Positions 9,687 through 20,014 of a DNA stretch of 64,000 bases are shown here, one piece after another. The stretch covers positions 21,543 to 85,542 of the forward strand of contig CBDULT010000014.1 of the NCBI GenBank assembly GCA_965368165.1. Direction: 5' to 3'. The notes beneath the pieces were generated by a model. That model ran no database searches and was not told the DNA's origin. It was given only the letters and a program-made list of their open reading frames with translations. This DNA is from an uncultured Thalassospiraceae bacterium (GTDB taxonomy: Bacteria; Pseudomonadota; Alphaproteobacteria; Rhodospirillales; JAPHRK01). Numbering within the stretch: position 1 is the first letter of the stretch; every line of letters begins with the position of its first letter. A program made the translations under genes and the position numbers.

Positions 9687-10232
9687 CTACTTACTGCAGT
9701 CTTTGTAGAAAGTCTCAAGCCATTCGAGGCGAGATTCGAATTCTTCAATATCATGGTCAAGCCAGGAAACCAGATGACCATCGTCGCCAGCATGATGTTG
9801 GCGCAGGTCGAGTAAGCGGGCGAGTTCTTCTTCGCAGGTTTCGATGAGAAGGGTGATTTGATCGAGCCGGTCTTCGTCATTGAGAAGGTGCATAAAGCGG
9901 AACTTCAAGGCGACAATCAGTTGAGTTACATCGTTGTAATTGGCTCGTACCCGCGAAATCAAAAGCGTGCGCAGGGCTTCCCGGCCTAAATCGGTAAGGC
10001 GCAACTCGGCATCGTCTTCCATGCCAACCCCGTCGATACCTTCAACCAGACCTTCGAAACGTAAGAGCTCGATTGAGGTCCCCATGAGGTCAAGGGATGG
10101 ACCCGATAAACGACTGACAAAGTGACGCACAGAAGCCGCAAGGTCGCTATAACGTCGGGGCTTCTGTGCAAGGGTGCCCAGGGCGCATAGACGAATCGCT
10201 TCTTTGGGGGTTAGGGTGTTGTCGGCATACAT
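9687..10232 (-). CDS. PadR-like winged-helix transcriptional regulator (tentative)
   Basis: 181-aa ORF. The N-terminal LTPKEAIRLCALGTLAQKPRRYSDLA...LRFEGLVE segment resembles a PadR wHTH domain. Assigned by eye only. Confidence 0.45.
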   Translation of the reverse strand: MYADNTLTPKEAIRLCALGTLAQKPRRYSDLAASVRHFVSRLSGPSLDLMGTSIELLRFEGLVEGIDGVGMEDDAELRLTDLGREALRTLLISRVRANYNDVTQLIVALKFRFMHLLNDEDRLDQITLLIETCEEELARLLDLRQHHAGDDGHLVSWLDHDIEEFESRLEWLETFYKDCSK

Positions 10233-10312
10233 GCTCGTTCTCTCTCTTTGCTACGATATATTGTAGTCACAAGAGAGAGAAATGTCCATATCAGCTAGAG
10301 GCGGAATTTACC

Positions 10313-11527
10313 TTAAGCCGCTAATTTGAGGCTAAGTTTTCCCCAGACTTCTTTAAGGGCTGCGACCAGGTCGTCCATCATTTCATCTGTGTGGATCGGT
10401 GAGGGAGTAAAACGCAGACGCTCGGTGCCCCGTGGAACGGTGGGGTAATTAATGGGTTGGACGTAGTGATTGTACTTGTAGAGCAAATCATCACTAGCCT
10501 GTTTGCATAGCTTCGCATCTCCAACCATCACCGGAACAATATGGCTGACTGTCTCCATGTTAGGGATGCCAGCTTCGGTCAGTTTCCGTTTCAATGTTGC
10601 GGCACGTTCTTGGTGTTTGTCGCGAATTTCATTATGCTCTTTAAGCCACTTAACACTGGCAAGGGCAGCACCTGCGACCCCCGGAGGCATAGAGGATGAG
10701 AAGATAAAGCCTTGGCCGAAAGAGCGAACAAAATCACACATGGCTTCAGATCCGGTGATATATCCACCAACAACGCCAATAGCCTTCGCCATGGTGCCTT
10801 GGATAATATCAATTCGGTGCATTTGTCCGTCGCGTTCAGCAACACCTGCGCCGGTTTTTCCGTACATGCCAACAGCATGCACTTCATCGATATAGGTCAG
10901 GGCATTATATTTTTCTGCTAGGTCGCAAATTTCTTTGATGGGGGCTATATCGCCATCCATGGAATAAACGGATTCAAAGGCAATCATTTTTGGGCGATCG
11001 TTACCGGCTTCTATCAGAAGCTCTTCCAAGTGAGCGAGGTCATTATGGCGGAAGACCTTTTTATCTGAACGGCCATGACGAATGCCTTCGATCATTGAGT
11101 TGTGGTTCAACTCATCTGAAATCACCATCATACCCGGAATATTAGCAGCCAAGGTAGAAAGGGCTGTCACATTCGCCGTATAGCCAGCAGAGAAAAGAAG
11201 CCCGGCTTCCTTTTTGTGCCAGTCGGCGAGTTCGGCCTCTAAGAGCACATGATAGTGATTGGTGCCTGAGATATTACGTGTGCCCCCTGCACCAGCACCA
11301 CATTTATCAATGGCTTCGTGCATACCGTTTAGGACAACTGGGTTTTGACCCTGGCAGAGATAATCATTGGAGCACCAGACGACGACTTCTTCAACACTGC
11401 CATCGTCACGATAGTGACTGGCACGGGGAAAGCTTCCTGCTTTGCGCTCAAGGTCGGCAAAGACACGATAGCGCCCTTCGTCCTTGAGTTCCGCAATCTT
11501 CCCGCTGAAAAATTGCTCGTAATCCAT
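10313..11527 (-). CDS. hemA: 5-aminolevulinate synthase
   Basis: Starts [23 protein letters not shown], with VWCSNDYLG-like and the PLP-lysine context GTMAKA. The ATG at 11527 is preceded by a GGAGAC SD sequence. Confidence 0.9.
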   Translation of the reverse strand: MDYEQFFSGKIAELKDEGRYRVFADLERKAGSFPRASHYRDDGSVEEVVVWCSNDYLCQGQNPVVLNGMHEAIDKCGAGAGGTRNISGTNHYHVLLEAELADWHKKEAGLLFSAGYTANVTALSTLAANIPGMMVISDELNHNSMIEGIRHGRSDKKVFRHNDLAHLEELLIEAGNDRPKMIAFESVYSMDGDIAPIKEICDLAEKYNALTYIDEVHAVGMYGKTGAGVAERDGQMHRIDIIQGTMAKAIGVVGGYITGSEAMCDFVRSFGQGFIFSSSMPPGVAGAALASVKWLKEHNEIRDKHQERAATLKRKLTEAGIPNMETVSHIVPVMVGDAKLCKQASDDLLYKYNHYVQPINYPTVPRGTERLRFTPSPIHTDEMMDDLVAALKEVWGKLSLKLAA

Positions 11528-11647
11528 AGTAGGTCTCCAATTAAATCGCTTGTAGTTCTTGTCGATTATCGACGGATACAAGCTTACATTCTACTACACC
11601 ATGCCCAGATTGGACAAGGTCTCCAAATAATCGTCTAGGTATATACC

Positions 11648-13027
11648 CTATAGTTTCTTGATCCACTCTGTGGTTTGGTCAAGTGCCCGGGAAAATTTCT
11701 CAAGCAATTCGTTGGTCTGAGACTGGTTAATGATCAAAGGTGGCGAAAATGCGACAGAGTCACCCAAGGCTCGTAAAATCAGACCTTCCTCTTGAGCTAG
11801 CTTAACCAGTTTTGACCCAACACCCAAACTGGGGTCAAAGCCTGCTTTGCTCTGTTTGTCTTTGACAATCTCGACTGCCGCAACCAAACCAACCCCCCGT
11901 ACTTCGCCAACCAGCGGGTGATCGGCAAATGCACGAAGGCCGTTCTGCAACTGAGGCCCCGATTCATTTTGAATCTGTTCGACAATATTGAGTTCTTCAT
12001 AAATATTGATGGCTTCAAGGGCAACAGCCGAGGCAACAGGATGGCCGGAGTAGGTGAAGCCATGACCAAAAACGCCAATTTTTTCACTCTCGGTGACCAT
12101 GGCTTGAAAAATATCTTCACTGATTAAGACAGCGGAAATAGGCACATAAGCAGACGAAAGGGCTTTAGCCGTGGTTAACATATCGGGTTTAAGGTCGTAG
12201 GTTTGTGACCCCCAAAGGTTACCTGTGCGCCCAAAACCACAAATCACTTCATCGGCAATAAACAAAACATCATGAGTTTTGAGGACTTTTTGAATTTTTT
12301 CAAAATATGTTGCCGGAGGTGTGATAACGCCGCCAGCCCCCATAACAGGCTCAGCTATGAAAGCGGCAACGGTGTCCGGTCCCTCTTCTCTGATCAGACG
12401 ATCTAAATTATCCGCAAGCCTAGTAGCAAATTCCTCTTCACTCTCACCGGGAAGGGCGTTTCGATAATAGTGGGGGCAATCGGTATGTAGGATTCCGGCA
12501 ATGGGCAGGTCGAAATCTCTGTGATTATTGGGAAGGCCTGTTAGAGAGGCCGAGGCTACAGTTACGCCGTGGTAGGCTTTTTCGCGGGAGATAATCTTTT
12601 TCTTGAGCCGTCGCCCTTTGGCGTTGTTGTAATAGGTGACCAGCTTAACCACGGTGTCGTTGGCTTCTGAACCAGAATTGGCAAAGAACACTTTCGACAT
12701 GGGGACGGGAGCGACGGAGATAAGTTTTTCTGCCAAGTTAACGGAGACATCACTCACCCGACCATTAAAGCCGTGATAGAAGGAGAGCTTTTCCATGGCT
12801 TTGGTGGCGGTTTCTATTAAACGCTTGTTGCCAAAGCCTAAAGCGGTACACCACAGTCCCGACATGCCTTCAAGGTAGGCTTTGCCGTCTTCATCATAAA
12901 CATGAACACCTTCCCCACGAGTTATCACCAGAGGGCCTTCGTTTTGATGGGTTTTCAGATTGGTGTAGGGGTGTAAATAGTAGGCGAGATCACGGCTCGC
13001 TGTTGAGTTGCCTTGTTGGTCTGCCAT
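11648..13027 (-). CDS. Class-III (omega) aminotransferase, aspartate aminotransferase family
   Basis: 459 aa with SGSEAND, DEVICGFGRTG and TTAKALSS (PLP lysine) motifs. Confidence 0.85.
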   Translation of the reverse strand: MADQQGNSTASRDLAYYLHPYTNLKTHQNEGPLVITRGEGVHVYDEDGKAYLEGMSGLWCTALGFGNKRLIETATKAMEKLSFYHGFNGRVSDVSVNLAEKLISVAPVPMSKVFFANSGSEANDTVVKLVTYYNNAKGRRLKKKIISREKAYHGVTVASASLTGLPNNHRDFDLPIAGILHTDCPHYYRNALPGESEEEFATRLADNLDRLIREEGPDTVAAFIAEPVMGAGGVITPPATYFEKIQKVLKTHDVLFIADEVICGFGRTGNLWGSQTYDLKPDMLTTAKALSSAYVPISAVLISEDIFQAMVTESEKIGVFGHGFTYSGHPVASAVALEAINIYEELNIVEQIQNESGPQLQNGLRAFADHPLVGEVRGVGLVAAVEIVKDKQSKAGFDPSLGVGSKLVKLAQEEGLILRALGDSVAFSPPLIINQSQTNELLEKFSRALDQTTEWIKKL

Positions 13028-13269
13028 CGTGAACTCCCCATACTTTAGATATTGTATAATCTGGCTCTAAAGGAACATGCTCATGAGGTCAATCTTCACG
13101 ATAAAATAGGGTGGTTTTTGAAAAAAATTGTAAAACACTTGATCAAACTGCTTCCGCTGGCGGGCATTTCAGTGTTTACTGCTTGAAAAGGTTCCAGTAT
13201 TTGCGTTGACCAAGGGAGCGCCCATAGGGGGTTTACGGTTGTCTGGCAACGCCGCTTAGGAGAGTTAAA

Positions 13270-14106
13270 ATGGCTTTGAAGGATCTACTTGTTCATATGG
13301 ATAATGGCCGGAGTGCTAAATCCCGCTTGGACGTTGCGATAAAATTAGCGGCAGACAATGATGCCCACCTCACAGGTCTCTATGTAATGACCCGGCCTCA
13401 TGTTCCACAGTTTATCCAGGCTCATATTGGGGATGAAGTCTTAGCAACTCAAAGAGAAACTATTTTGGCTGGGGCAAAACATGCGGAAGAAATTTTTGTC
13501 GAAGCCGCAGAGCGGAGTGGCGTGAAGTACGAATGGCGCGCTATTGAAGATGACCTTTTTGAGGGAATCAGGCTTCACACGCGTTATGCTGATTTAGCGA
13601 TTTTAGGGCAGTATGATTCTGAAATTTCTATTGGAGAAGGCGCCGATTCTTTAGTTGATCGTCTTGTTCTCTCTGCCGGACGCCCAATTTTGGTTATTCC
13701 GTACGTTGGTAGTTATCCAACTGTAGGGTCACGGGCGATGGTTGCATGGGATGGCGGCAGGTTGGCAGCTCGTGCTGTAAACGATGCTATTCCTCTCATG
13801 CAAAATGCCAAATTGGTTGAAGTTCTCGCAATCAACCCAAAAGATATTGAGGGTCAACATGGGGATGTCCCAGGAGCTGACATTTGTCTTCACCTCGCTC
13901 GTCACGGTATTAAAGCCGATGCAGAGCATATCATTTCGCCTGATGTAGACCCAGGTAATCTGTTGCTTTCAAGAGCTGCAGACCAAGGAATAGATTTGAT
14001 TGTCATGGGGGCTTATGGCCACCGCCGCCTTCGTGAGTTGGTCCTTGGCGGCGTCACCCACCATATTCTTAAGCACATGACCGTGCCGATCCTCATGGCT
14101 CACTAA
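13270..14106 (+). CDS. Universal stress protein, tandem Usp domains
   Basis: 278 aa, two Usp-like halves. The C-terminal ATP motif is MGAYGHRRLRELVLGGVT. Confidence 0.85.
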   Translation: MALKDLLVHMDNGRSAKSRLDVAIKLAADNDAHLTGLYVMTRPHVPQFIQAHIGDEVLATQRETILAGAKHAEEIFVEAAERSGVKYEWRAIEDDLFEGIRLHTRYADLAILGQYDSEISIGEGADSLVDRLVLSAGRPILVIPYVGSYPTVGSRAMVAWDGGRLAARAVNDAIPLMQNAKLVEVLAINPKDIEGQHGDVPGADICLHLARHGIKADAEHIISPDVDPGNLLLSRAADQGIDLIVMGAYGHRRLRELVLGGVTHHILKHMTVPILMAH

Positions 14107-14125
14107 GAGCCAAAGGGATACAAAA

Positions 14126-14162
14126 TTAAAACCGCGCTTTTGATTGAGGCGCGGTTTTTTTT
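14126..14162. terminator. Bidirectional rho-independent terminator
   Basis: Stem ACCGCGC/GCGCGGT flanked by an A-run and a T8 run. It sits between convergent genes. Confidence 0.75.
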
Positions 14163-15039
14163 ATGTCCGTTTTTCTGCTTTTGGGTCCAGGGCATCCTGT
14201 AGGCCATCTCCAAGGAAGTTGAAGGCGATGACGGTGAGGAAGATGAGGAGACCGGGGTAGATTGCCAGGGTTGGGTTAGACCAGATAAGCTCCTGGGCGT
14301 TGGTCAGCATATTGCCCCAACTGGCAACAGGAGGCTGGATGCCCAAACCAAGAAAGCTCAAGACGGATTCCAATAAGATGATGTTACCGACTGACAAGGT
14401 GGTGGCAACGATGATGGGGGAGAGTAGGTTGGGGAGAATATGAACGGTCATGACCCTTAAAGGGCTGGCTCCATAGGAAACAGCCGCCAGGACAAAATCT
14501 CGCTCTCTGAGACTAAGGGTCGCCCCCCGGACCAATCGGGCCACGGTGGTCCAGCCAGCAAGGGCAACGATCAGGATTATACGGTAGAGACTGATGCTTT
14601 CTGAATTAGCGATATCTTCTGGGAGGCCAATTTTTTCTAGATCAATCGCGGCTAAAACAATAAGCAGTGGAAGGAGAGGGAGAGAGATTACCCCATCGGT
14701 AAAGCGCATCAGAACAGCATCAACCTTGCCACCATAATAACCTGAAACCAATCCAATAGCTGTGCCTAGAACCGCTGCGGCGACGGCGGCGATAAGACCG
14801 ACCAGGAGGGAAACCTGTCCGCCATAAAGCAAACGCAAAAAGACATCCCGTCCTAACTCATCTGTGCCGAGAAAGTGATTTCCCCCGGCAACAGCAAAGC
14901 GATTGAATAGATCGACATGGTTGGCATCAAGCCCTAAAAGCGTCTCTGCTAAGGGAGCCGCGGCGGCAAAGGAGGTGAACAGAAGAAGGACCAACCCACT
15001 GGCTGTTGCCAGGCGATGTTGCTTGAAGATAGAGGTCAT
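14161..15039 (-). CDS. ABC transporter permease (DppC/OppC-like)
   Basis: 292 aa, multi-TM, with a Dpp/Opp-type EAA loop region. It overlaps the upstream permease gene. Confidence 0.85.
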   Translation of the reverse strand: MTSIFKQHRLATASGLVLLLFTSFAAAAPLAETLLGLDANHVDLFNRFAVAGGNHFLGTDELGRDVFLRLLYGGQVSLLVGLIAAVAAAVLGTAIGLVSGYYGGKVDAVLMRFTDGVISLPLLPLLIVLAAIDLEKIGLPEDIANSESISLYRIILIVALAGWTTVARLVRGATLSLRERDFVLAAVSYGASPLRVMTVHILPNLLSPIIVATTLSVGNIILLESVLSFLGLGIQPPVASWGNMLTNAQELIWSNPTLAIYPGLLIFLTVIAFNFLGDGLQDALDPKAEKRT

Positions 15040-15998
15040 CTTTCCCCTCCCCTATAAGACACCCTGGGGTCAAGCCAGGCGTAGGCCAGATCGGCAAGGA
15101 AATTACCCACCAAAGTCAGCAGGGTGGCAAAGAGAAGGGCAACCAGGGCGAGGTTGAAATCGTTGCCCATAATTGAGTCAAAAATCAATTTTCCCATGCC
15201 GGGATAGGAAAAAATTGTTTCGGTAATCAATGCGCCAGAGAATAAGGCCCCAAAATCAAGAGCGATAATTGTCACGACAGGGATTAAGGCATTGCGAAGG
15301 GCATGCCTGAGGACAACGCGGGTTGGGCTCGCTCCTTTAGCGATGGCGGTGCGGATGTAATCTTGACGCAAGGTCTCAATCATCGAGGCTCGCATGTAAC
15401 GGGTATGTCCGCCAATGCTGGCGATGACAATTGTCGAAACTGGGAGAATTAAGTGACGCAAGGTTTCCCATATGCTGCCTTCATCGGTCGGCATGCCACT
15501 GGCAGGAAGAATAGGCCACAAAACAGCAAAGGCAATAATCAGTAATAAAGCCAGCCAAAAAGGCGGAATGGAAATCCCGGAGAAAGCGAGAAGATTGATG
15601 GTATAATCTGTCTTAGAGTAGGCACATGCGCCAGCAAGGATTCCCAAGGGTAGAGCAATGGCGAGGGAAAGCACAATGGCGAGGCCAAGGAGCTTAACTG
15701 TGTTGAATAAGGCCGGGCCTATGGTTTCGAGAACAGGCTGTGAAAAAAGCCTGGAATATCCTAAGTCGCCTTGAAAAACTGCCCCGAGCCAATTGCCGTA
15801 CCGTTCAAGAATTGGTTGGTCTAAACCGTAAAGCGAACGTAACCTTTCTGCATCTTGTGAGGTTAATTTAGGGTCGGCACTAATCATTAAGTCTATGGGG
15901 TCGCCCGGCATGAGTCCCATAAGCCCGTAAATGACAAAGGACATGATCGCGATGACAATAAAGGCGTGGAAAAGACGCTCGAAACAATAGCCGATCAT
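15036..15998 (-). CDS. ABC transporter permease (DppB/OppB-like)
   Basis: 320 aa with the N-terminal ...LMPGDPIDLM motif typical of DppB/OppB. Confidence 0.85.
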   Translation of the reverse strand: MIGYCFERLFHAFIVIAIMSFVIYGLMGLMPGDPIDLMISADPKLTSQDAERLRSLYGLDQPILERYGNWLGAVFQGDLGYSRLFSQPVLETIGPALFNTVKLLGLAIVLSLAIALPLGILAGACAYSKTDYTINLLAFSGISIPPFWLALLLIIAFAVLWPILPASGMPTDEGSIWETLRHLILPVSTIVIASIGGHTRYMRASMIETLRQDYIRTAIAKGASPTRVVLRHALRNALIPVVTIIALDFGALFSGALITETIFSYPGMGKLIFDSIMGNDFNLALVALLFATLLTLVGNFLADLAYAWLDPRVSYRGGER

Positions 15999-16978
15999 GG
16001 TGCTTCTCCCATCTTCATATGGCAGGAGACTTGATGGTCATGGTCTATCGACTTAAGGGTTGGGGCTTCAACTTGGCAAAGGTCAGTCGCCAACGGACAA
16101 CGCCCATGAAAAGCACAGCCAGGGGGTGGGGCTAGAGGGCTGGGTGGTTCTCCTGCCAAGGTTGTACGGGCCTTGCGCTTGCCTTTTCCAATCTTGGGAA
16201 CGGCTTCCAGTAAGGATTGAGTGTAAGGGTGGGTTGGGTTGTGTAAGACATCATATTGAGTACCGATCTCAACAATTTCTCCTAAATACATCACGGCAAT
16301 GCGATCAGCCATTTGGGAAACCACGCCCAAGTCGTGGCTGATAAAAAGGTAGGACAACCCATGGGTTTTTTGGAGTTCTTTCATCAGGGTGAGAATTTGG
16401 CTTTGGATGGAAACATCTAAGGCAGAGGTGGGTTCGTCAGCGATAACTATTGACGGATTGAGGGATAAAGCTCGAGCAATGGCAATGCGTTGACGTTGCC
16501 CGCCGCTAAACTGATGTGGGTAACGGGAAAGGTCTTCTTTTTTAAGGCCGACGGAGAGAGCTAAGGATTCAATTTGTTGTATGGATGGCTTTTGCCCTTG
16601 GATACATAAAGGTTCACCAATGATATTGCCAACTTTTATACGAGGGTTGAGGGAGGCAAAAGGGTCTTGGAAGATCATTTGAACTTTTTGTCTGAGAGGT
16701 TTGAGCTTTCTTCCTGACAGACCGGTTGATCCTTGCCCATCTATATCAATGGTTCCAGATGTTGGCTGACTCATCAAGGCAACCATTTTCCCCAAAGTGC
16801 TTTTGCCACACCCACTTTCACCAACCAAAGCCAGTGTTTCTTTTATATGCAGGGAAAAACTAACCTGATTTACAGCTCTTAAGTTTTGTTTGGCTGTAAA
16901 CAGCCCTCCCCCTAACGCGAATGTCTTGGTGACCTTGTTGACCTTGAGGAGAGGAGGGGTGTTAGGTAAAGGAATCAT
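15995..16978 (-). CDS. ABC transporter ATP-binding protein (DppF/OppF-like)
   Basis: Walker A GESGCGKST, signature FSGGQRQR, Walker B IVIADEPTSALD, and a Cys-containing Opp C-terminal extension. The start is set at MIPLPNTPPLLKV. The track's upstream extension reads through a REP unit and an IS relic. Confidence 0.85.
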   Translation of the reverse strand: MIPLPNTPPLLKVNKVTKTFALGGGLFTAKQNLRAVNQVSFSLHIKETLALVGESGCGKSTLGKMVALMSQPTSGTIDIDGQGSTGLSGRKLKPLRQKVQMIFQDPFASLNPRIKVGNIIGEPLCIQGQKPSIQQIESLALSVGLKKEDLSRYPHQFSGGQRQRIAIARALSLNPSIVIADEPTSALDVSIQSQILTLMKELQKTHGLSYLFISHDLGVVSQMADRIAVMYLGEIVEIGTQYDVLHNPTHPYTQSLLEAVPKIGKGKRKARTTLAGEPPSPLAPPPGCAFHGRCPLATDLCQVEAPTLKSIDHDHQVSCHMKMGEAP

Positions 16979-17006
16979 ATCACTTACAGGGTAACCCCCT
17001 TGGTTC

Positions 17007-17022
17007 TCCCGCGCAGGCGGGA
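17007..17022. repeat. REP-like palindrome TCCCGC-GCAG-GCGGGA
   Basis: Perfect 6-bp arms. The same core occurs at 29644-29659. Confidence 0.5.
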
Positions 17023-17035
17023 AGATGGATTTGCA

Positions 17036-17189
17036 CTTGAAGTGTAGCGGTTTTAAAATTTTGCATGAAGGCTTCGGTTGGTGTTCTAAAGCCACAGCAT
17101 TTCTGGGGCGTATTGTTGTAGACATCAATGATTTTGTCCAGGATGCTTTGCTTTGTTTCTGCACGATCTGTTTTTCTTAATAAGATATC
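17036..17189 (-). pseudogene. Relic of an IS30-family transposase C-terminus
   Basis: A reverse frame reads DILLRKTDRAETKQSILDKIIDVYNNTPQKCCGFRTPTEAFMQNFKTATLQ. It resembles the conserved IS30 C-terminal ...KGTDLS...LNxRPRKxLGFxTPxEVF, is bounded upstream by a stop codon, and has no catalytic domain. Confidence 0.55.
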
Positions 17190-17409
17190 CTAAGAATTAT
17201 CATCAACTGGCATACCACACTAAAAATGAAGCTGAGGGGGGGGATCGACTATGACTCCACTTCTGTGAAGTTAAATAGAATTACTCTAGACTTTTTCATC
17301 ATTTAATGGGACCATATTTTAAGTTGATTCAGCTTGTACCAGCAGGTTGATTTAAATGTGTGATGAGGGGGGAAACACCTCATTATGAAAAAATAGAAGA
17401 ACAAAAATA

Positions 17410-20001
17410 ATGAAGCAGATGTTTGAGAAACTCGCAATTACGCGCAGGTGGTTTTTTGTTGCCTTTACCTTTACATGTTCAGGGGGGCAAGCTTTTGCTG
17501 CTCAGCCTTCAGCCGAAAAAATATTAAACTTCGAAATGTCTCTTATAATAGGGTTCCTTTCTCTTGCCCTTCTCCTCTTTGTTTTATGGCTCTTGGTCTC
17601 ACGCAGGTCCTTTGCGAAGAAAAACCGTGATTTAGAAAGTAGGATCGAGCAGTTCTCTGCGATTATCAATAACACCAGCTCAATAATATTTCTTAAGGAC
17701 TTAGAGGGGGACTATCTGTTTGTTAATGAGCAATTTGAAGTCTCTTCGGGTAAAAAAAACGATGAACTTGTCGGCAAAAAAGATAACGATATCTATCAGG
17801 TGGAGACCGCCGAAGACCTGAAAAAAAATGATCGACAGGTTGTTGAAGCCAATGAAGTCCTTGAGTTTGAAGAGGTTGTTCAATTTAAGAATAAAACAAA
17901 AACCTATATTTCTACAAAATTCCCCTTAAGGCGAGCGAGCGGTGAAATATATGCTGTATGCGGCATAGCAACTGATATTACCGCGCGCAAAAAGATGGAA
18001 AAAGAATTACTCGAAAGCCAGTCGATGTTAGATGACGCAGAAAAAATAGCTCGACTCGGCAGTTGGCGGTTTGACCGTGAGAGCCAAAAATTAGTTTGGT
18101 CTGATACGCTTTATGAAATTTATGGTTTTGATAAAAGTGAATTCAGTGGGGACTATAGTGAATTCTTAAATGTCATTTATCCTGAGGAGCGGGGTTACGT
18201 TGATACGGAATATAAAGATGCCATAAACCATGAAAACCCCTTTGATATTGTACATAGAATTATTCGCAAAAGCGATGGTGCTATCCGTTGGGTTCGAGAG
18301 AAGAGCACCTTCTCATTAGATGAAAACGGACAGTTCATGTCTGCCCATGGGACTGTACAAGATATTACCGAACAAAAAAATTTAGAGCACCAACTTGTTC
18401 GTTCGCAAAAAATGGAAGCCATTGGACAACTCACCGGAGGGATCGCCCATGATTTTAATAATCTTTTGGGTATTGTTGAAGGTAATCTCGAGCTTTTGCA
18501 GCGGCTTATTCCGAAAGAACAAGACAAGGTGCATAAACGAATTGAGCCTGCGTTAAGGGCGACCCGTAGGGGAGGGAATTTAACAAAGAGATTGTTGAGT
18601 TTTTCCAGAAGAAAGCCTCAGGAAGCCTTGCCTGTAAGTTTGAATGACCTATTGGTTGAGACCATGGCACTGTTGGAAAAAACTCTAACAAACTCTGTCT
18701 CATTAGATGTCTTTATGGAAGATAACCTCTGGCTAACTGTGATTGATCCTGGCGACATGGAGGATGCAATTATTAACTTGGCGATCAATGCCAGGGATGC
18801 CATGTCGGACACAGGAAAAATAATAATACGAACTGAAAATGCCATCATCACGGACGCAGATTTGTCCCATTACCCTGAGGCACGTAGTGGTGAATTCGTA
18901 AAATTCTCTATTCAAGATAGTGGAGAGGGGATTGCCAAAGAACTTCAAAGTAAAATTTTCAATCCGTTCTTTTCAACCAAGGAGAATGATAAAGGCACCG
19001 GCCTTGGGTTGAGTATGGTCTATGGTTTCATCAGCCGCTCGAGAGGCTTTATTCACCTTGATACAAAAATTGGAGCAGGGTCGACCTTCTATCTTTTCTT
19101 ACCGCGCGTTATAGAAGCTTCAAGTGGAGAGATTAAAGAGTTTACAGAAAAAAATAAAGATCAGGCGGACTTGGTTGGAGGGGATGAGACGATCCTTGTT
19201 GTGGATGATGAGGCTGACCTGCTTGATGTGGTCGCGGGGTCATTACAAGCCGTAGGATATAAAATACATCAAGCCAATTCTCCTAAAGAAGCGATGGCGC
19301 TCCTTGAGCGGGGAGAGCGAATAGATTTGATCTTTTCTGATATCGTTATGCCGGGTGAGGAAGATGGCTTGGCGTTGGCTGTGAAAGTTATGCGAGAGTA
19401 CCCAGAGGTGAAACTCCTGCTGACTTCGGGCTATTCGGAGAAAGTATTGGCATTGCGCAATAAAGACAATCCTGTGGTTACATATTTGCTCGACCATATA
19501 TTGCCAAAACCAGTACGCCGGGAAGTGCTGATACCGTCTATTCGCCAAGCCCTTGATACAGCAATAGCCATTAAATGGTCTGATCGCATGACCACAGGTA
19601 TTCCACAAATCGATGACGACCATAAAATTTTAGTTACTTTGCTTAACCAGCTCTTGGGTGCGGTTCAAAACAGGCAAGAGCATCAAGCAATCATCAAGAT
19701 CAGTGATTCACTTCTAAATTATGTTTCCCGTCATTTTGCTCGGGAAGAAGCTGTTATGGAGGTTTGCGAGTACCCCCACCTTGAAAACCATCGAAACATC
19801 CATCGTTTGCTTACCCAAAAAGCCGAAAGTTTTGCTGCATTTCTTGCCAAAGGGGATGACCACAAAGTTGTCGTAGACTTTGTTGAGTTCATAAAAGGAT
19901 GGTTCCTTGATCATACTTTGAGTATGGACAGAACTATTTATGACTATACCCTGGGCAAAGAAGAGGTTATTGAAGCAACCTTGAAAGAAATAGATCATTA
20001 A
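17410..20001 (+). CDS. PAS hybrid sensor histidine kinase/response regulator with a C-terminal hemerythrin domain
   Basis: 863 aa: signal/TM region, two PAS regions, H-box GGIAHDFNN, HATPase, REC, then from nt 19570 a bacteriohemerythrin module with H...HFAREE...HRNIH...HTLSMD ligand spacing. Confidence 0.85.
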   Translation: MKQMFEKLAITRRWFFVAFTFTCSGGQAFAAQPSAEKILNFEMSLIIGFLSLALLLFVLWLLVSRRSFAKKNRDLESRIEQFSAIINNTSSIIFLKDLEGDYLFVNEQFEVSSGKKNDELVGKKDNDIYQVETAEDLKKNDRQVVEANEVLEFEEVVQFKNKTKTYISTKFPLRRASGEIYAVCGIATDITARKKMEKELLESQSMLDDAEKIARLGSWRFDRESQKLVWSDTLYEIYGFDKSEFSGDYSEFLNVIYPEERGYVDTEYKDAINHENPFDIVHRIIRKSDGAIRWVREKSTFSLDENGQFMSAHGTVQDITEQKNLEHQLVRSQKMEAIGQLTGGIAHDFNNLLGIVEGNLELLQRLIPKEQDKVHKRIEPALRATRRGGNLTKRLLSFSRRKPQEALPVSLNDLLVETMALLEKTLTNSVSLDVFMEDNLWLTVIDPGDMEDAIINLAINARDAMSDTGKIIIRTENAIITDADLSHYPEARSGEFVKFSIQDSGEGIAKELQSKIFNPFFSTKENDKGTGLGLSMVYGFISRSRGFIHLDTKIGAGSTFYLFLPRVIEASSGEIKEFTEKNKDQADLVGGDETILVVDDEADLLDVVAGSLQAVGYKIHQANSPKEAMALLERGERIDLIFSDIVMPGEEDGLALAVKVMREYPEVKLLLTSGYSEKVLALRNKDNPVVTYLLDHILPKPVRREVLIPSIRQALDTAIAIKWSDRMTTGIPQIDDDHKILVTLLNQLLGAVQNRQEHQAIIKISDSLLNYVSRHFAREEAVMEVCEYPHLENHRNIHRLLTQKAESFAAFLAKGDDHKVVVDFVEFIKGWFLDHTLSMDRTIYDYTLGKEEVIEATLKEIDH

Positions 20002-20014
20002 TTTGAGGTAAAAA

